Origin: Octopus sinensis | Lineage: Eukaryota | Length of the DNA stretch: 64,000 nt | Direction of reading: 5' to 3' | NCBI RefSeq assembly: GCF_006345805.1 | Contig: NC_042997.1 | Coordinates: 87,172,001-87,236,000 of the forward strand | Part shown: piece by piece, positions 13,250 to 26,280 of the stretch | How positions within the stretch are numbered: position 1 is the first letter of the stretch | How the letters are laid out: the number at the start of each line of letters is the position of its first letter | Notes under the pieces: generated by a model | The model's database searches: none | What the model was told of the DNA's origin: nothing | The model's input: the letters and a program-made list of their open reading frames with translations, nothing else | Made by a program: the position numbers and the translations under genes

Positions 13250-14050
13250 TGTTATTTCGAGGAGTGAGACATTTTACATTTTATTACTAGTACTAGTAGT
13301 ACTACTACTTTCAGGTCAACCCCGTCACCTGGGAAATGTAAGCACAGGCCCGCCTTGCCTGATGTAGCTGCACCAACAGAAATCCCACCTTCTACGAACA
13401 GAATAGGATCGCAGGAACACAACGAAAACGTGTGCCCGCGCAAGTCCAGAGCCAATTCTTTGCCTTCGTTTTCAGCAGACCACTCTTCCCCATCCCTCTA
13501 ATAATTGTCATCCCTTTTCTCTCTGTCTCAACTTCCCATAGTTGTATAGCCATTATCCTTAAATTTTGACACCTATTCACAAACCCAACAATAACTGATC
13601 AACCTTCAATTACTACCCATCCCACCCATCTTACTCATTGCTCAACTCTGCACCTCTACTGCTACTTCGCTAATACTCACATTATGAATCCCCTCCCTCT
13701 TCATGAACTGATTCCCTTAACTCCTCTCACCCTTCCCTGTCTCAACACGCCCCGCGACCCCAGCGAGTCTCCTCTTGCCTGCTCTCCACATTTAAACATT
13801 CCACCTTTAAACTTCTCAGCATCATGATCTGAAATGAAAGATCTTTTCTACCCTGATGATGGAGGCTCAATTTATCCAATGTTTATTTGCTTCTATTACA
13901 GCCTGCATATTGTTGAGAACTACATTTACCAACATTATGATGGATCTTCGAGCCTCCAGAAACAGCTGTTGGATTTATAACATCTTACCTCTTCCTCTTT
14001 AATTTTCTCTGTCGTTTGTACTCTGTATAAATCTAATAATATAATTATCT
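13250..14050 (+). mobile_element. Possible old Penelope-like remnant
   Basis: C/T-rich tract plus two decayed hammerhead-like motifs: CTGATGATGGAG at about 13853 and TATGA-TGGA(10 nt)TCCA-GAAA-CAGCTG at about 13935-13970. Confidence 0.3.
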
Positions 14051-14231
14051 ATATATTTACATTTAGATATTCATCATCTGAAAGTCTTCAGTCTTTGCTT
14101 TCTCTAGTTTTGCATGTATGCATATATATTTTGCATATGAAACCCAAGCTGTTATATTTAATCTATTTATCAGTATAACTGTCTCCATATCTGCTCAACT
14201 TGATTCCTCTTATAGCCACTCTTTACCTCGT

Positions 14232-14462
14232 GACGGCGCATGGCTTGGTTAGGGTGTTGGACTCATGATCGTGAAATTGTGATTTCGACTCCTGGACCGG
14301 GTGGTGTGTTGTTTTCTTGAGCAGAACACTTTATTTCACGTTGCTCCAGTCCACTCAGCTGGCAAAAAGGAGTAATCCCGGGACGGACCGACGTCACATC
14401 CAGGTGGGGAATTTATAGGCAATGGAAACCGGAAAACCGGCCCTTATGAGTCGGCTTGACTC
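14232..14462 (+). mobile_element. tRNA-derived SINE (family D)
   Basis: A-box-like GGCGCATGGCTTGGTTAGGG and B-box-like GATTTCGACTCC, followed by a non-tRNA body. Confidence 0.7.
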
Positions 14463-14940
14463 GAGAATGTAACTAACTCTTTACCCCATGGTATTATCCC
14501 TCGTAAAGACACCGGAGTCTAAGTTCGAATCATCTGAGTGCTACAAAGTGTTTTCTATACTGAGAATCTCTGGATCTCATCTATTGATTCTGTGTGTGTG
14601 TCGCGCGCGAGCGTGTGTGTGTGTATGTATGTATGTGTGTGTGTGTTGTAATGTGTTACGTACAATAAATAAGATGACCAGACAACAGTAAAAACAATGA
14701 AACGAACTTTACGAAATCTCTTTACGAAACAACAATCAATATTCCTTGTGAATTAACCAATCGATACTTTCCGACTTCACTGCGAACTAACACGAACTTC
14801 ACTCGACTCCGAACTCTGAACCTCGAACTCACTCGGATCGTTACTATTCATACTTTACTCGGACCAGTCTATCTCTCGCCAGGGGGGCGTCGTAACTCTC
14901 ATCACAATATAATAACTGTTATTATATATTATTTTTTTAA

Positions 14941-15808
14941 TCTCTATATTATAATTCTGAAATGCAAAAAGTTTGTATGTCTGGTTTTGGCATTGGAACT
15001 GGTTAAAGGCCACTAGATCCCGTCAGATTGACTCCAAAATTTACAGGGACATGTAAAATGAGGGGAGAATGAGAATGGGCTTGGTTAGAAATCCCTATCT
15101 TAAAAGGTGTGGTTACTGGGGCCAAAAACGCACACTTTGACAAGTCTACTCTCATTCTTTTATCTGCCTGTTTTCCTCCATCTCTCTCTCTCTCCCTTTT
15201 TTCCTCCCTTCCTTTCACTTTCTCTCTATAACGTCGTTTGATAGCGTCTACTATCTTTCCTCCGCCGCCTTCAATATTTTTACGCTTTTTAATTCTCATT
15301 CACTCATTATTACTTTCTCTCTCTATCTATATATAGAGAGAAAGATTCTCATGATTGTGTGGTGATGATGGTGGCGATGATAATTCTCTCTATGAATGCA
15401 GACAGACGTAGAGAGAGAGAGAGTGACAGCGCTGGTGAAGGCGGCGGAGGAAAGATAGTAGACGCTATCAAACGACGTTATAGAGAGAAAGTGAAAGGAA
15501 GGGAGAAAGTAATAATGAATGAATGAGAATAACGACGAAGGATTTAAAAAGCGTAAAAATATTTTCTTTCTCAACTTACTGGAGACCTTTTGTTATTTAT
15601 AAATGGGAGAGAGATAGACAGAGAAAGATAGAGAGTAAGAGAAAGCGAGGGAAAGTCCGAGAGAAATGAAGAGTAAGAGAGTGGGAAAGTGAGAGAGAAA
15701 GGAGAGAGAAACAAAGAGGGAGAATATGGCGATAAGAAACAGAAAGGAAGCAACAGAAAGTAACAACCACAACCTCACCCGCACGTAGAGCGGGTCACCT
15801 TAAGCTAG
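14941..15808 (+). mobile_element. Non-autonomous Helitron, copy 1
   Basis: A|TC start (14940/14941), subterminal hairpin CCCGC-ACGTAGA-GCGGG (15778-15794), CTAG|T end, no target-site duplication. Confidence 0.8.
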
Positions 15809-15814
15809 TCAATA

Positions 15815-16412
15815 TCTATAAATTTGAAATGCGAAAAGTTTGTTTGTCTGGTGTTGGCATTGGAACGGGTTAAAGGCCACTAGATCCCGGCAGATTGACT
15901 CCAAAATTTACAGGGACATGTAAAAATAGGTGAGGATGCGAGTGGGCTAGCTTAGAAATCCCTATCTTCAAAGGTGTGGTTACTAGGGCAAAAACGCACA
16001 CTTTAACAAGTCCCCTCTCATTCTCTTATCTGCCTTTCTTCCTCTCTCTCTCTCTCTCTCTCTTTCCTCCCTTCCCATCACTTTCTCTCTATAACGGCGT
16101 TTGACAGCTACTACTATATCCCCCTGCCTTCGCCAGCACTGTCACTCTTTCTTCCACCGCCTCCCTCCCCCTCTCTCTCTGTACGTCTGTCTGCATTCAC
16201 AGAGAGTTTTATTATCGCCACCACCACCACACAATCATGAGAACAAATATTATGAATCATATATTTATTGGGTTAATCTATATAAGTGTGTGTGTTCTAT
16301 ATATAAATATGTATGTATAATGTATATATACAAAGTGTATATATCTGTATATATATATATATAAGTTGTAAACCTTTGTATATATAATGCGTACACACAC
16401 ACACACACACAC

Positions 16413-16458
<46 letters not shown>

Positions 16459-16500
16459 GATTATATGTACACATATATATATTTAATGCGTTATATATAT

Positions 16501-16550
<50 letters not shown>

Positions 16551-17455
16551 ATATATTAGGTGTGCATTATGTGTGCATTATGTGGTCGGTTGAGCTGAAA
16601 ATATGCACACCTATGTAAAAGTGCAAGGCAACTATTTTTTTTTCCTCAAATAAAAGGCATGACCTCTAGGACAAAATTCCTCATCTTATAAAATGTGGCC
16701 CGAGTAGACCCGAATGAAATCAGGTTATATTAACCAAAATGTGAAAAGGAGTCTAAATGGGGCTTGAAGAGGATTAAAATTTATAGGAGCGGGTGTTTAA
16801 GAATTCTCTGTTACATCAAGCTAAAAAATTTGCGCCAGCCTTTAAATCTTCAATGTGTTGCCGTCCATGATGAAGAACTTTTGAATGCTTGCCATGGTGA
16901 GTCTACTGCCGTGAGAAAGAATCACTTCAAAACCTGGTGTTTACGAATTTTCTTTTACATCAAGTTCAAAATTTTACGCCACCTGTTAAACTGCCACTAC
17001 GTTGCTGTCCGTCGTTAAGAAATGCCAGCCATGGTGACTCTACTATCCTCAGATTCTCTCCCTTCAAACTTTGGCTTCCAATATTTTTTTTATTTTATTC
17101 AGCTCGCAAGTTCGTCTGTCCCTTTTAAATGTTAGTGTTTTACTGTCTGCCTTGAAGCAGACCTTTCCGTTGTTACTGCCTGATATTTATGATTGATCTT
17201 TCAAAATATTATCTTTTTCAACTTACTTAAGATCTTTTGTTGTTTATAAATGGGAGAGAGGTAGATAGAGAAAGATAGAGAGTAAGAGAAAGCGAGGGAG
17301 AGTCCGAGAGAAAGGAAGAGTAAGAGAGTGGGAAAGTGAGAGAGAAAGGAGAGAGAAATAAAGAGGGAGAATGTGGTGATAAAAAACAGAAAGGAAGCAA
17401 CAGAAAATAACAACCACACTCTTACCCGCGCGTAGAGCGGGTCACCTTAAGCTAG
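15815..17455 (+). mobile_element. Non-autonomous Helitron, copy 2 (same family, longer)
   Basis: A|TC start, 5' and 3' portions homologous to copy 1, hairpin CCCGC-GCGTAGA-GCGGG (17425-17441), CTAG|T end. Confidence 0.8.
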
Positions 17456-17717
17456 TAATAATAAGAACGACTAAATCTAATATAAACAATTGTCTGAAAG
17501 AAGATGGACCGACCCTTTGGGAATTGAACACGAGATGTAAGCATTGTTTAGATTTAGATTTAAATTTATATACTGAGCATACATTATTGTGAAAAAAATA
17601 ATATATAATTCAGCAATTATAAAAAGACCTAAGTAGTCTATCTTCTCCGTATGTACAACCTTCAGGTTTGCTTACAAATTTATAAATATATATGCATATA
17701 TATATATATATATATAG

Positions 17718-17778
<61 letters not shown>

Positions 17779-17780
<2 letters not shown>

Positions 17781-18130
17781 TATGGATGTATGATGTATGA
17801 TTAAGAAGCTTGATTCCCAGCTACATGCTTTTGGTTTCAGTCACATTGTGAGGCACTTTTGATTAGTACTTTCTACTGTCCTCCTGTCCTGACGAAAGTT
17901 TTGCGAGTGAATTTGGTAGACGGAAACTGATAGTCCATCTGAAGACCATCGTGTATGTGTATGGGTGATGTGTGTGTGTTTGGTTGTGCCTGTGTTTATC
18001 TTTGTTTTCATATCACGCGATAGTTGTAAGCGAACGTCACCGTGATGCAGACGGTGTCATACGTTTCCCTTCTTTCGTGAAAACATGTTCGGCCATGATC
18101 AAGGGAAATGACAGGAAAGGTATCCTATTT
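17779..18130 (+). mobile_element. SINE family B plus C module, diverged
   Basis: Same motif order as other B/C copies. Confidence 0.65.
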
Positions 18131-18265
18131 TAGAAAATCCATCCTAATAAATTCCGTGTGATCTATGATGCAAGGGTGGAGAAGTGGATGTTAAAACAGT
18201 AATGATGATGATTACGATGATGATACATACATTCAAATATGTATGCATGTGTGTGTTTAGGTATG

Positions 18266-18299
<34 letters not shown>

Positions 18300-18992
18300 T
18301 GTGTATGCATGTATGTATGTATGTATGTATGTATGTATGTAGCTGCCAATTCTGTTCAAGACATTGTAGATCTTTAGCGGGGCTAAAAAGTCACATTCGA
18401 TCACAGCACCAATAACAGTTAAGCTTCGTGCAAGGGCCATACTCGATAACGGGGGGCAGCCATCATGTATGTATGTATAGGAGGGCGGATGGTTGGCTGA
18501 TATATATGTAAGTCAGTTGTTTTAAGAATTGTTTCCGCTTTTATCGATGAATGCTTTTAAGTAGACTTTCCTGTGTGGTATTTGAATGTTTTCCACAGAA
18601 TAGATTTCATATCCATTCTCTCGATTGACTGCATTCCTTGTTCATTATATGTATAGTTTATGGACGTAAAAGTTCTCAACGCGTAGGTGAGATTACATTT
18701 GATTTTTGTTGAAGTGCTACTTAGAAAATATAAAAAGTTGCTCAATATAACTTTATATTGGAAGTGAGTTGAATTTTATGTATTTTAATTTATTGAAATA
18801 AGCAAGCAACACACAACCTTAAACAGCGATTGCAGTCGATCGGTCAACCGTTCCTCCGAAAAGTGCTCTCATACCCAACACTAATTTGTACTGAACACTT
18901 TTATGTCTTTGTTGAAGAACATAAAAAATATACTTGCGTGCGTGGGTATGCGTGTATATGTGTGATAGACCTATACAACGCTGGATTAACCA

Positions 18993-19220
18993 TTAACCCT
19001 TTCATTACTGAATTTATTTTGAGATGTTCTGTGTTTCTTTCAATTACTTTAAATATAACAAAGAATTTAGTAAAATAACTTAGTTATCATTAAGCTAGTG
19101 TTAAGAACATAAATTGTGGTTAAGGTTTAGTGGAAGATTTTAATTCAAAACTTATGAAAACAAGACATTTGTACTCAGGGCTAGAGCCGGTTTCAGCCGG
19201 GTTGGTAATGAAAGGGTTAC
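18993..19220. mobile_element. piggyBac-type MITE
   Basis: TTAA|CCCTTTCATTAC...GTAATGAAAGGG|TTAC: 12-bp terminal inverted repeats, right TTAA mutated. Confidence 0.7.
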
Positions 19221-19917
19221 GTGCTCAGGTCATCACTGGATGTGGGGCACAAAAGAAATCACTTTAAACTTGCTAAAACAATATTCGAAGTGGTTTATAT
19301 GGTAGAAAATATAATTTTGTAATGTTCATTGAATCACAGCGAGGATCTGATCCAAGACATTGCAACTAAAAAAGTAGAAGAAAACTTTTCAAATATAAAG
19401 TGGAAGTTTACATAAAAAAAACATTATTTTCCATCTTACTCTTAGTTTCGCTTCATTTTCAAAAAAAAAAAAAAATTCGTTTCATGTCTTATTTATTATG
19501 TATATTTTGATTTACATATACATGGGGGCACCGAAATTATTAAGTACTAACGGCCTGTATAGGTCTTAATCTGGCCCTGGACCTATAAGTATGCATATCA
19601 GCATGAGTGTATGCATACATACATACATACATACATACATACATACATACATACATACATACATACATACATACATACATACATACATGATCCCTCTGAT
19701 TAAGACCGTTTATAAAAGAGAATATATCATCTCCTCGCAAAATGTGGTAGGATTGGAAATTTTAATTTGAAATTAAGAAATACGAGGAAGAAAATAAAGA
19801 AATATAGTTCATATGTTGAATTTCTTTTCTTTTTATATATATATATTCCATATTTATCCATAATTTATCTATCTATCTGTCTGTCTGTCTATCTGTATAC
19901 CCATCGATCGATCGATC

Positions 19918-20041
<124 letters not shown>

Positions 20042-20136
20042 TGGCTGTATGGTAAGCAGCTTTTGCAAGTGTCTTTTGCTATAACTTCGGGCCGATCAAA
20101 TCCTTGTGAGTGGTTTTCGTGGGCGGAAACCCGACG

Positions 20137-20193
<57 letters not shown>

Positions 20194-20315
20194 ATACATA
20201 CTATATTTCTTTATCTTCTCGTATTCCTTAATTTCAAATTAAAATTTCCAATCCTACCACATTTTGCGAGGGGATGATATATTCTCCTTTATAAACGGTC
20301 TTAATCAGAGGGATC

Positions 20316-20346
<31 letters not shown>

Positions 20347-20767
20347 TGTATGTATGTATGTATGTATGTATTAAAATTTTAGTTCATCATACAGCCTTGG
20401 AAAGCTAAGTAATCTATTTCTATTTAAGATTTTAAAATTTAAAAATTTTTTAATATTTTAATTAGTCTTATTGTATTATTTTGTATACAATCTAAATACA
20501 GATTGTTATGTAATGATTTAGCTGTTGAAGTTATGTATATAATTATTAGATTTTAACTCTACGTTATTTGTAAGATATTACTTAGCCAAGGAGATATATA
20601 GATCGTTAATAGTTATACGTTTTTTTTTAAAGTTAGGTTTTGGTTTTAATTTGATTTTAATCTTTAAATTTTTTAATGTATCTCATAATTATATTATATT
20701 AATATTTAATATTTTGTAAGTAGTATGAATTAATTAATTTATTTTTTTTCTTTTTATATGTCTATAC

Positions 20768-20867
20768 NNNNNNNNNNNNNNNNNNNNNNNNNNNNNNNNN
20801 NNNNNNNNNNNNNNNNNNNNNNNNNNNNNNNNNNNNNNNNNNNNNNNNNNNNNNNNNNNNNNNNNNN
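20768..20867. other. Scaffold gap (100 N)
   Basis: Exactly 100 N, typical of a placeholder gap of unknown size. Confidence 0.99.
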
Positions 20868-21721
20868 AGCAAAGACAAACTCGAGACCGGCTACATTCGG
20901 TCTCAATGTAAACAAATAGAACTAAATTTTTTAAGACATGTCATTTGGACACAAGACCACGATTTTTTAAAGAGTAGCGACAAGTAAGTCGATTATATCG
21001 ATCTACTGCTTAACTAGTACTTATTCTATGGACCCACGAAGCAAAGTTAACATCGCCTGAGGCTCAAGGTCGCGCATTTGGGGAGTAGGGGTATAGTTTT
21101 AATATCGACCCTGTACTTGACTGGTACTTATTTTATCGATTAGAGGAAGATGGAAAGCAGCCGACTGAATTTAGAATTAAATTATGGCGAGCCATTCCAC
21201 TTATGTTGTCGTTGTCATAAATATCACAACATCCTCTTTCTCTCATTAAAACAAGATAGGTCTATTTAGCGTAAATATTATTAGAAAATATGAGTCTGAG
21301 AATTGTCTAGAAAGTCGCCACTATTACTTTGTAGTTTTCTTTAGATGCAAATATTCAAGAACATAAATTATCTGCGATATTCTGTGCCGGTGATATTTAT
21401 GATGTTATTCTTTTGGCCATTCAATTATTTGTCAGTTGTTTAGGATGTGACCGAGAGAATACCGATATTAAAATTTCGCAGTGCATACATACTATGACAC
21501 ATATCTATGACAAAAACAAAGCTAGCATTTGGTTTTCCAACAACAGCGAAACGTAATGATTTAAAATATTGAAAGAAGCTTTACAACTAGAAGTTATTAC
21601 AAGCACCAAATACTGAATTAGATGAAATTATTGTTTTGAAAATAAAGCGAATTCTATCAAGTATTATTTTTATTATTTGTTTCCATAATAGTGAGAGAAG
21701 AAGAAAAATTACACAACTTAC

Positions 21722-21808
21722 GTCAGCTCGGCTTTTAATCGTGCTTCTCTTCGGACGCAATAATACATCTTTAAAATCCAATTTGATATCACTATCTATG
21801 CGTGGCAT
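21722..21808 (-). CDS. GMPR: GMP reductase, first coding exon (87 nt, 29 codons, phase-0 donor)
   Basis: [29 protein letters not shown] is the conserved GMPR N-terminus, followed by a GTAAGT donor at 21721-21716. Downstream exons not recognised in the window. Confidence 0.93.
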
Positions 21809-22248
21809 TTTGCTCCACCTGCGAGATCTACTTTCTAATATGTAAGTGTGTTAAATCTGTTTAGTACTTAAAAAGACATGAAATAAGTATTCATTCGAGG
21901 TGCGCTACTTCAGGCTCCAGCAGACAGATTGTCAGTAAGACAGGTAGACGGCTAATGAATAACTATGGAAGCTGCAAAGTGCCAAAATCGATCTCACTCA
22001 CAAAGATATGTTTAAAAAAAGTAAACAAAAATATCAGAAACGCTAGTAAAATTCTTAAAATATTGTCAACTAAATTTAATGTAATAAGCTTTGTTGCCAA
22101 ATAAAAAAAATGTCTGTGTGTTTTCCAGCAATCTATTTTTAGATGAATTTATAGATATTAACTTCAAATAAAGGACAAGTGTATGTAACCTTGAAGATTT
22201 TTGGCATTATTAAACGATTCCTAGAACTCGGTAAAAACAGTAGTGAAA

Positions 22249-22256
22249 CCGGAAAT
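22249..22256 (+). promoter_or_regulatory. ETS-like CCGGAAAT motif about 440 bp upstream of the GMPR ATG
   Basis: Motif match and position only; a single 8-mer could be chance. Confidence 0.2.
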
Positions 22257-22559
22257 ACGTTGTATTACCATGCCCCAGGCTATTGTAACGTTTTAAAATA
22301 TTAAGCCACCAGTCACCAAATGTTTAACATAAGTGATCAACAGACCCACTCACAACCCACAGTGCCACGACAGTTAATCATCGTCTTCCATTCGAAACTG
22401 TGGGTTATGTACGGTTGGGGGGTGGGGGGCTCTATTCTTAACTTTTTAACAGTGGTCATCAAAATACAACCTGAGCGCACAACATGCATATAAATTTATG
22501 CAAGTATATACCAGGTGTATACAGACACAATATGTATACCTACCTACCAAGCTCTTCAA

Positions 22560-22731
22560 TCAAACCCTTCCTATAGGGATCAACTTTGATATTTGAAAAT
22601 GAATAACAGTGTGTCCCATTTCAAGAAGGACAATTTCTCTTACAATGGCTACTGTTACCCACTCAAACTAACTTCCAATGCCTCTAAGATAATGGAAACA
22701 GCAATTAGCAATGACGTCCTCCAACACTATG

Positions 22732-22777
<46 letters not shown>

Positions 22778-23150
22778 TAATGACTACTAGTATGTTTCTG
22801 TAAAGCCAGGTTCACTACTGACCATCTCCCAGTGGGCTCTCACCTTGGAGAAATTGTGTGAAAGCAATGTTATTGACTTCAATGTCCACAAAGCTGCCAC
22901 CTGTGAGCAGCATGCAAATCTCTTATCAAAAGTGTCAGTCTGTGGGCTTCATCTGTCTCATCTACTGGATTGGTAGCTTTCTATCAGATCCTATTATCAT
23001 ACCACTCTTTCTGCCTCCCATTTTAAGAACTCCAGCATGTTCCAGAATTCAGTTCCATAACCCACCCTCTTCTCTTATCAATGCCTAACTGAGTATCACA
23101 TCTATCAATATCTACTCTTACACAGGTGACACTATTCTTCATTCTTCCCA
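22560..23150 (+). mobile_element. Old LINE endonuclease-region remnant
   Basis: VIDFNVHK (GDFN-H-like motif) at about 22868; otherwise heavily decayed. Confidence 0.35.
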
Positions 23151-23302
23151 ATGTATCAATTACTTGCAACATGGTTCCAGGTTGAGTCCCACTGCATAGC
23201 CCCTTGGGCAAGTGTCTTCTGCCATAGCCTCGGGCCAACCAAAACTTTGTGAGTGGATTTGTGAGACAGAAACTGAAAGAAGCCTGTCATAAATATATAT
23301 AT

Positions 23303-23620
23303 CATCATCATCATCATCATTTAATGTCCGCTTTCCATGCTAGCATGGGTTGGACTATTTGATTGAGGACTGGTGAACCAGATGGCTGCACCAGGCTCCA
23401 ATCTTGATCTGGCAGAGTTTCTACAGTTGGATGCCCTTCGTAACGCCAACCACTCTGAGAGTGTAATGGGTGCTTTTACGTGCCACCAGCATGAGAGTCA
23501 GTCAGGCTGTACTGGCAACGGATCTTCGCAAGCAGAGTTTAGTTATATATATATATATTTATGAGAAGACCCGGCAAGCCAAATGAGACCTTGGATCTTC
23601 GCAAGCAGAGTTTAGTTACA
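23303..23620 (-). mobile_element. RTE LINE 3' UTR fragment
   Basis: CATCATCAT-TTAATGTCCGCTTTCCATGCTAGCATGGGTTGG matches the terminus of the RTE at 49368; more copies at about 52890, 53900 and 58305. Confidence 0.75.
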
Positions 23621-23653
23621 TACACCCTGTACATTTAAACACAAATATATATA

Positions 23654-23686
<33 letters not shown>

Positions 23687-23706
23687 CAAATATACAATTA
23701 TAAATA

Positions 23707-23904
23707 ATAATTATAAGGGCACTAATGAATAGTGCCACATGCTAGAAGTAGATGCTAAATGGCTCTAAGGACTACTGTATTTAAAAACAAAAATCACTTT
23801 CTTCACTTCCAATCTGTGCTAATGAAATAAATAATGTAGTTCTTAGAGCCATTTGGCATCTACTTCTAGCATGTGGTGCTATTCATTAGTGCTCTTATAA
23901 TTAT
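23707..23904. repeat. Inverted repeat, 69-bp arms, 60-nt loop
   Basis: 23707-23775 is the reverse complement of 23836-23904 with 5 mismatches. Confidence 0.95.
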
Positions 23905-26058
23905 ATTTATGTGGGAACTACATTTTATTTTTCAGGTTGAAATTCAAAGCCGAATCTAATCCACCACTGGCCAAACAGGCACAAAAGAATTTTCTTTATC
24001 CTATCAAAAAGTGATGGATGAGTTTCCACTCGACCTCTGATCTGGCTGTGTCACAAAAAGTTCAAGTGGACAACAGGTAGCCTAAATAAGTACAAACTGC
24101 TCCTGTGGTACATCCTTCTAGCTAGGATGACTATTATAAATACAGTTTCCTTAGACACACACCAGATAGCAAGCGACCAGCAAGTGGTTAGTCACCTAGC
24201 CAAAGATGAGCAAGCAGTGACTGGTGACACAAAACAGTAGCAGTTGCAGACACAAGCAAGATGAGACAGAGAAACAACACAGCACAACCAAATGACCAAT
24301 GCATACACAGACACAAAATATGCCTTGTACTATCTCATCAAATCAACATTCTATTTCTCCTGTTTTTACCTTCATTGACTCAAAGCAGTTGGCAACTTTA
24401 TGAAGCAGCCTTTATTGATATTTCAAATAAAGCCTTGTGTATCCAACACGTAAATGCAACTGTTAACCAAATAAATTATTTAAACTATATTCTGATGCTT
24501 TTCTCATTGTTTTCCTTTGATGTCGGTATAAAAATACTGCAAATTCATGATTGAATTGAATTGAATTAAATAAATTAAATAAATTGATTGATTATATATC
24601 AATTCAATCATGAATTTGCATTATTTTTATATCTTTGTACGAAATGATTGTCTGCATGAATTAAAATTCACTTATATGTTTTAACAACTTGTCTTCTCCA
24701 CTTTTAACTAAATTGTTGAGTTTTATGGGATTTCTTTCCATAAATTCACCACACATCATATACAAGTATTATTTTCATATTTGCAAATTTACGCCTGTAA
24801 ACTACCAGCAAAATATGAAGAATCAACATTAAAAATCTTTTCTGGAAACCTCCAAATTAAAGGACGAATCTACATTCAACCTTTTTACATCTATATATGT
24901 ATATATATATATCCATACATATATGTATGTATCTATGTGTGTGTGTCTATTTGTCTCCCCATCACTGATTGACATCCAGTGCTGGTGTGTTTACATTCTT
25001 GTAACTTAGCAGTTCGACAAAAGAGACCAATAGAATAAGTATTAGGCTTAAAACATGAGTCCTGATGTTGATTTCTTCAACTAAAATCCTTCAAGGCAGT
25101 GCTCCAGCATGGCCACAGTCAAATGACTGAAACAAATAAAAGAATAAAAGAACCTAGATACCAAACATCACCCCCACCCTCCCACTGATTCCATGAACAG
25201 AGACTTCAAAAGCATCCTCCAGGGGAATTTGCCAATCTTGTCTCTCAAAAGAAAGAAAATACAAATGCTACGCTTATCAATAAAATGCCATTTAAACTCT
25301 CCTTATTCATGAGCAGTTTGCAGCTAGAAGACTGACAAATGCTTTTAATGTTGGACCTCACTATAATCGAAGATCTCTCCTGGTGAAAGCACATCCTTAA
25401 CATAGCTAGGATCACATCTCAATAACTGGCCCTTCTCAGAAGAACCAGAAAATGCTTCAATCCTCAACAACTGGCACTCTACAAAACTCAAGTGAGGTTT
25501 ACAATAATGTATTTTTTTCACAGGTAGGACAGTGATTCTACAGTATACAAAGACATGTATACAAATTACTAATTACAAAAACTGGGATCTGTGAATAGTA
25601 AAAGTATTTGGGAAAAGCAGACACTTCAGAAAACACTACCTTCGCTAGTTTAAACCTACACAAAAGCACAGCTATGTGTAACTATTTCACATTAGACCCT
25701 CTTCATCGTTGCCCTATCATCTCTTCTTTCTCTCATTCCACTTCATAAGTTTTTCTTCTGACATCCACTTTGTCTTTCCTCCAATGTTTCCAAACCCCAT
25801 TGTGAATATATCAATTTCTCTCTATTCTACATAAGAGACATGTTTTTCCTTGATTTTACATAAAAAATAAATATTTCCTTTTTTGGACTATCTCAATACA
25901 CATATAAAGTTACAAATAATAATATGTAAAGTTGAAAAGCCCATTCCCAAAAATAATTATCTCATGTTCTTTCAAAACTTTATAAAATTCTTATCAAAAT
26001 ATTCTGAATATTTAGATAATCCTCTTTGGCTTATATGTTGTACAATATTACAGGTTTC

Positions 26059-26280
26059 TAAGGCAACGAGGTGGCAGAAACATTAGCATGCTGGGCAAAA
26101 TGCTTAGCAGTATTTCATCTGTCTTTATGTTCTGAGTTCAAATTTCGCTGAGGTCAACTTTGCCTTTCATCCTTTTGGGGTCCATAAATTAAGTACCAGT
26201 TGCATATTGGGGTCAATCTAATTGACTGGTCCTCTCACCAAAAATTTCGGGTCTTGTGCCTAAAGTAGAAAAGAATATTG
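26059..26280 (+). mobile_element. SINE family A, near full length
   Basis: tRNA-like head (GGTGGCAGAA...TGAGTTCAAATTTC), body GAGGTCAACTTTGCCTTTCATCC, end GTAGAAAAGAATATT. Confidence 0.8.

Noticed and set aside
14232-14300. tRNA-like heads (also at 7032, 26059 and others) as true tRNA genes
   Set aside because: No complete cloverleaf; each continues into a shared SINE body.
22354-22406. 10-bp inverted repeat upstream of GMPR
   Set aside because: A few such repeats are expected by chance in 64 kb.
23519-23622. 26-bp direct repeat GGATCTTCGCAAGCAGAGTTTAGTTA around a short spacer, superficially CRISPR-like or a long target duplication
   Set aside because: Only two units, and both repeat and spacer derive from the RTE 3' UTR; a local rearrangement in a eukaryotic repeat.
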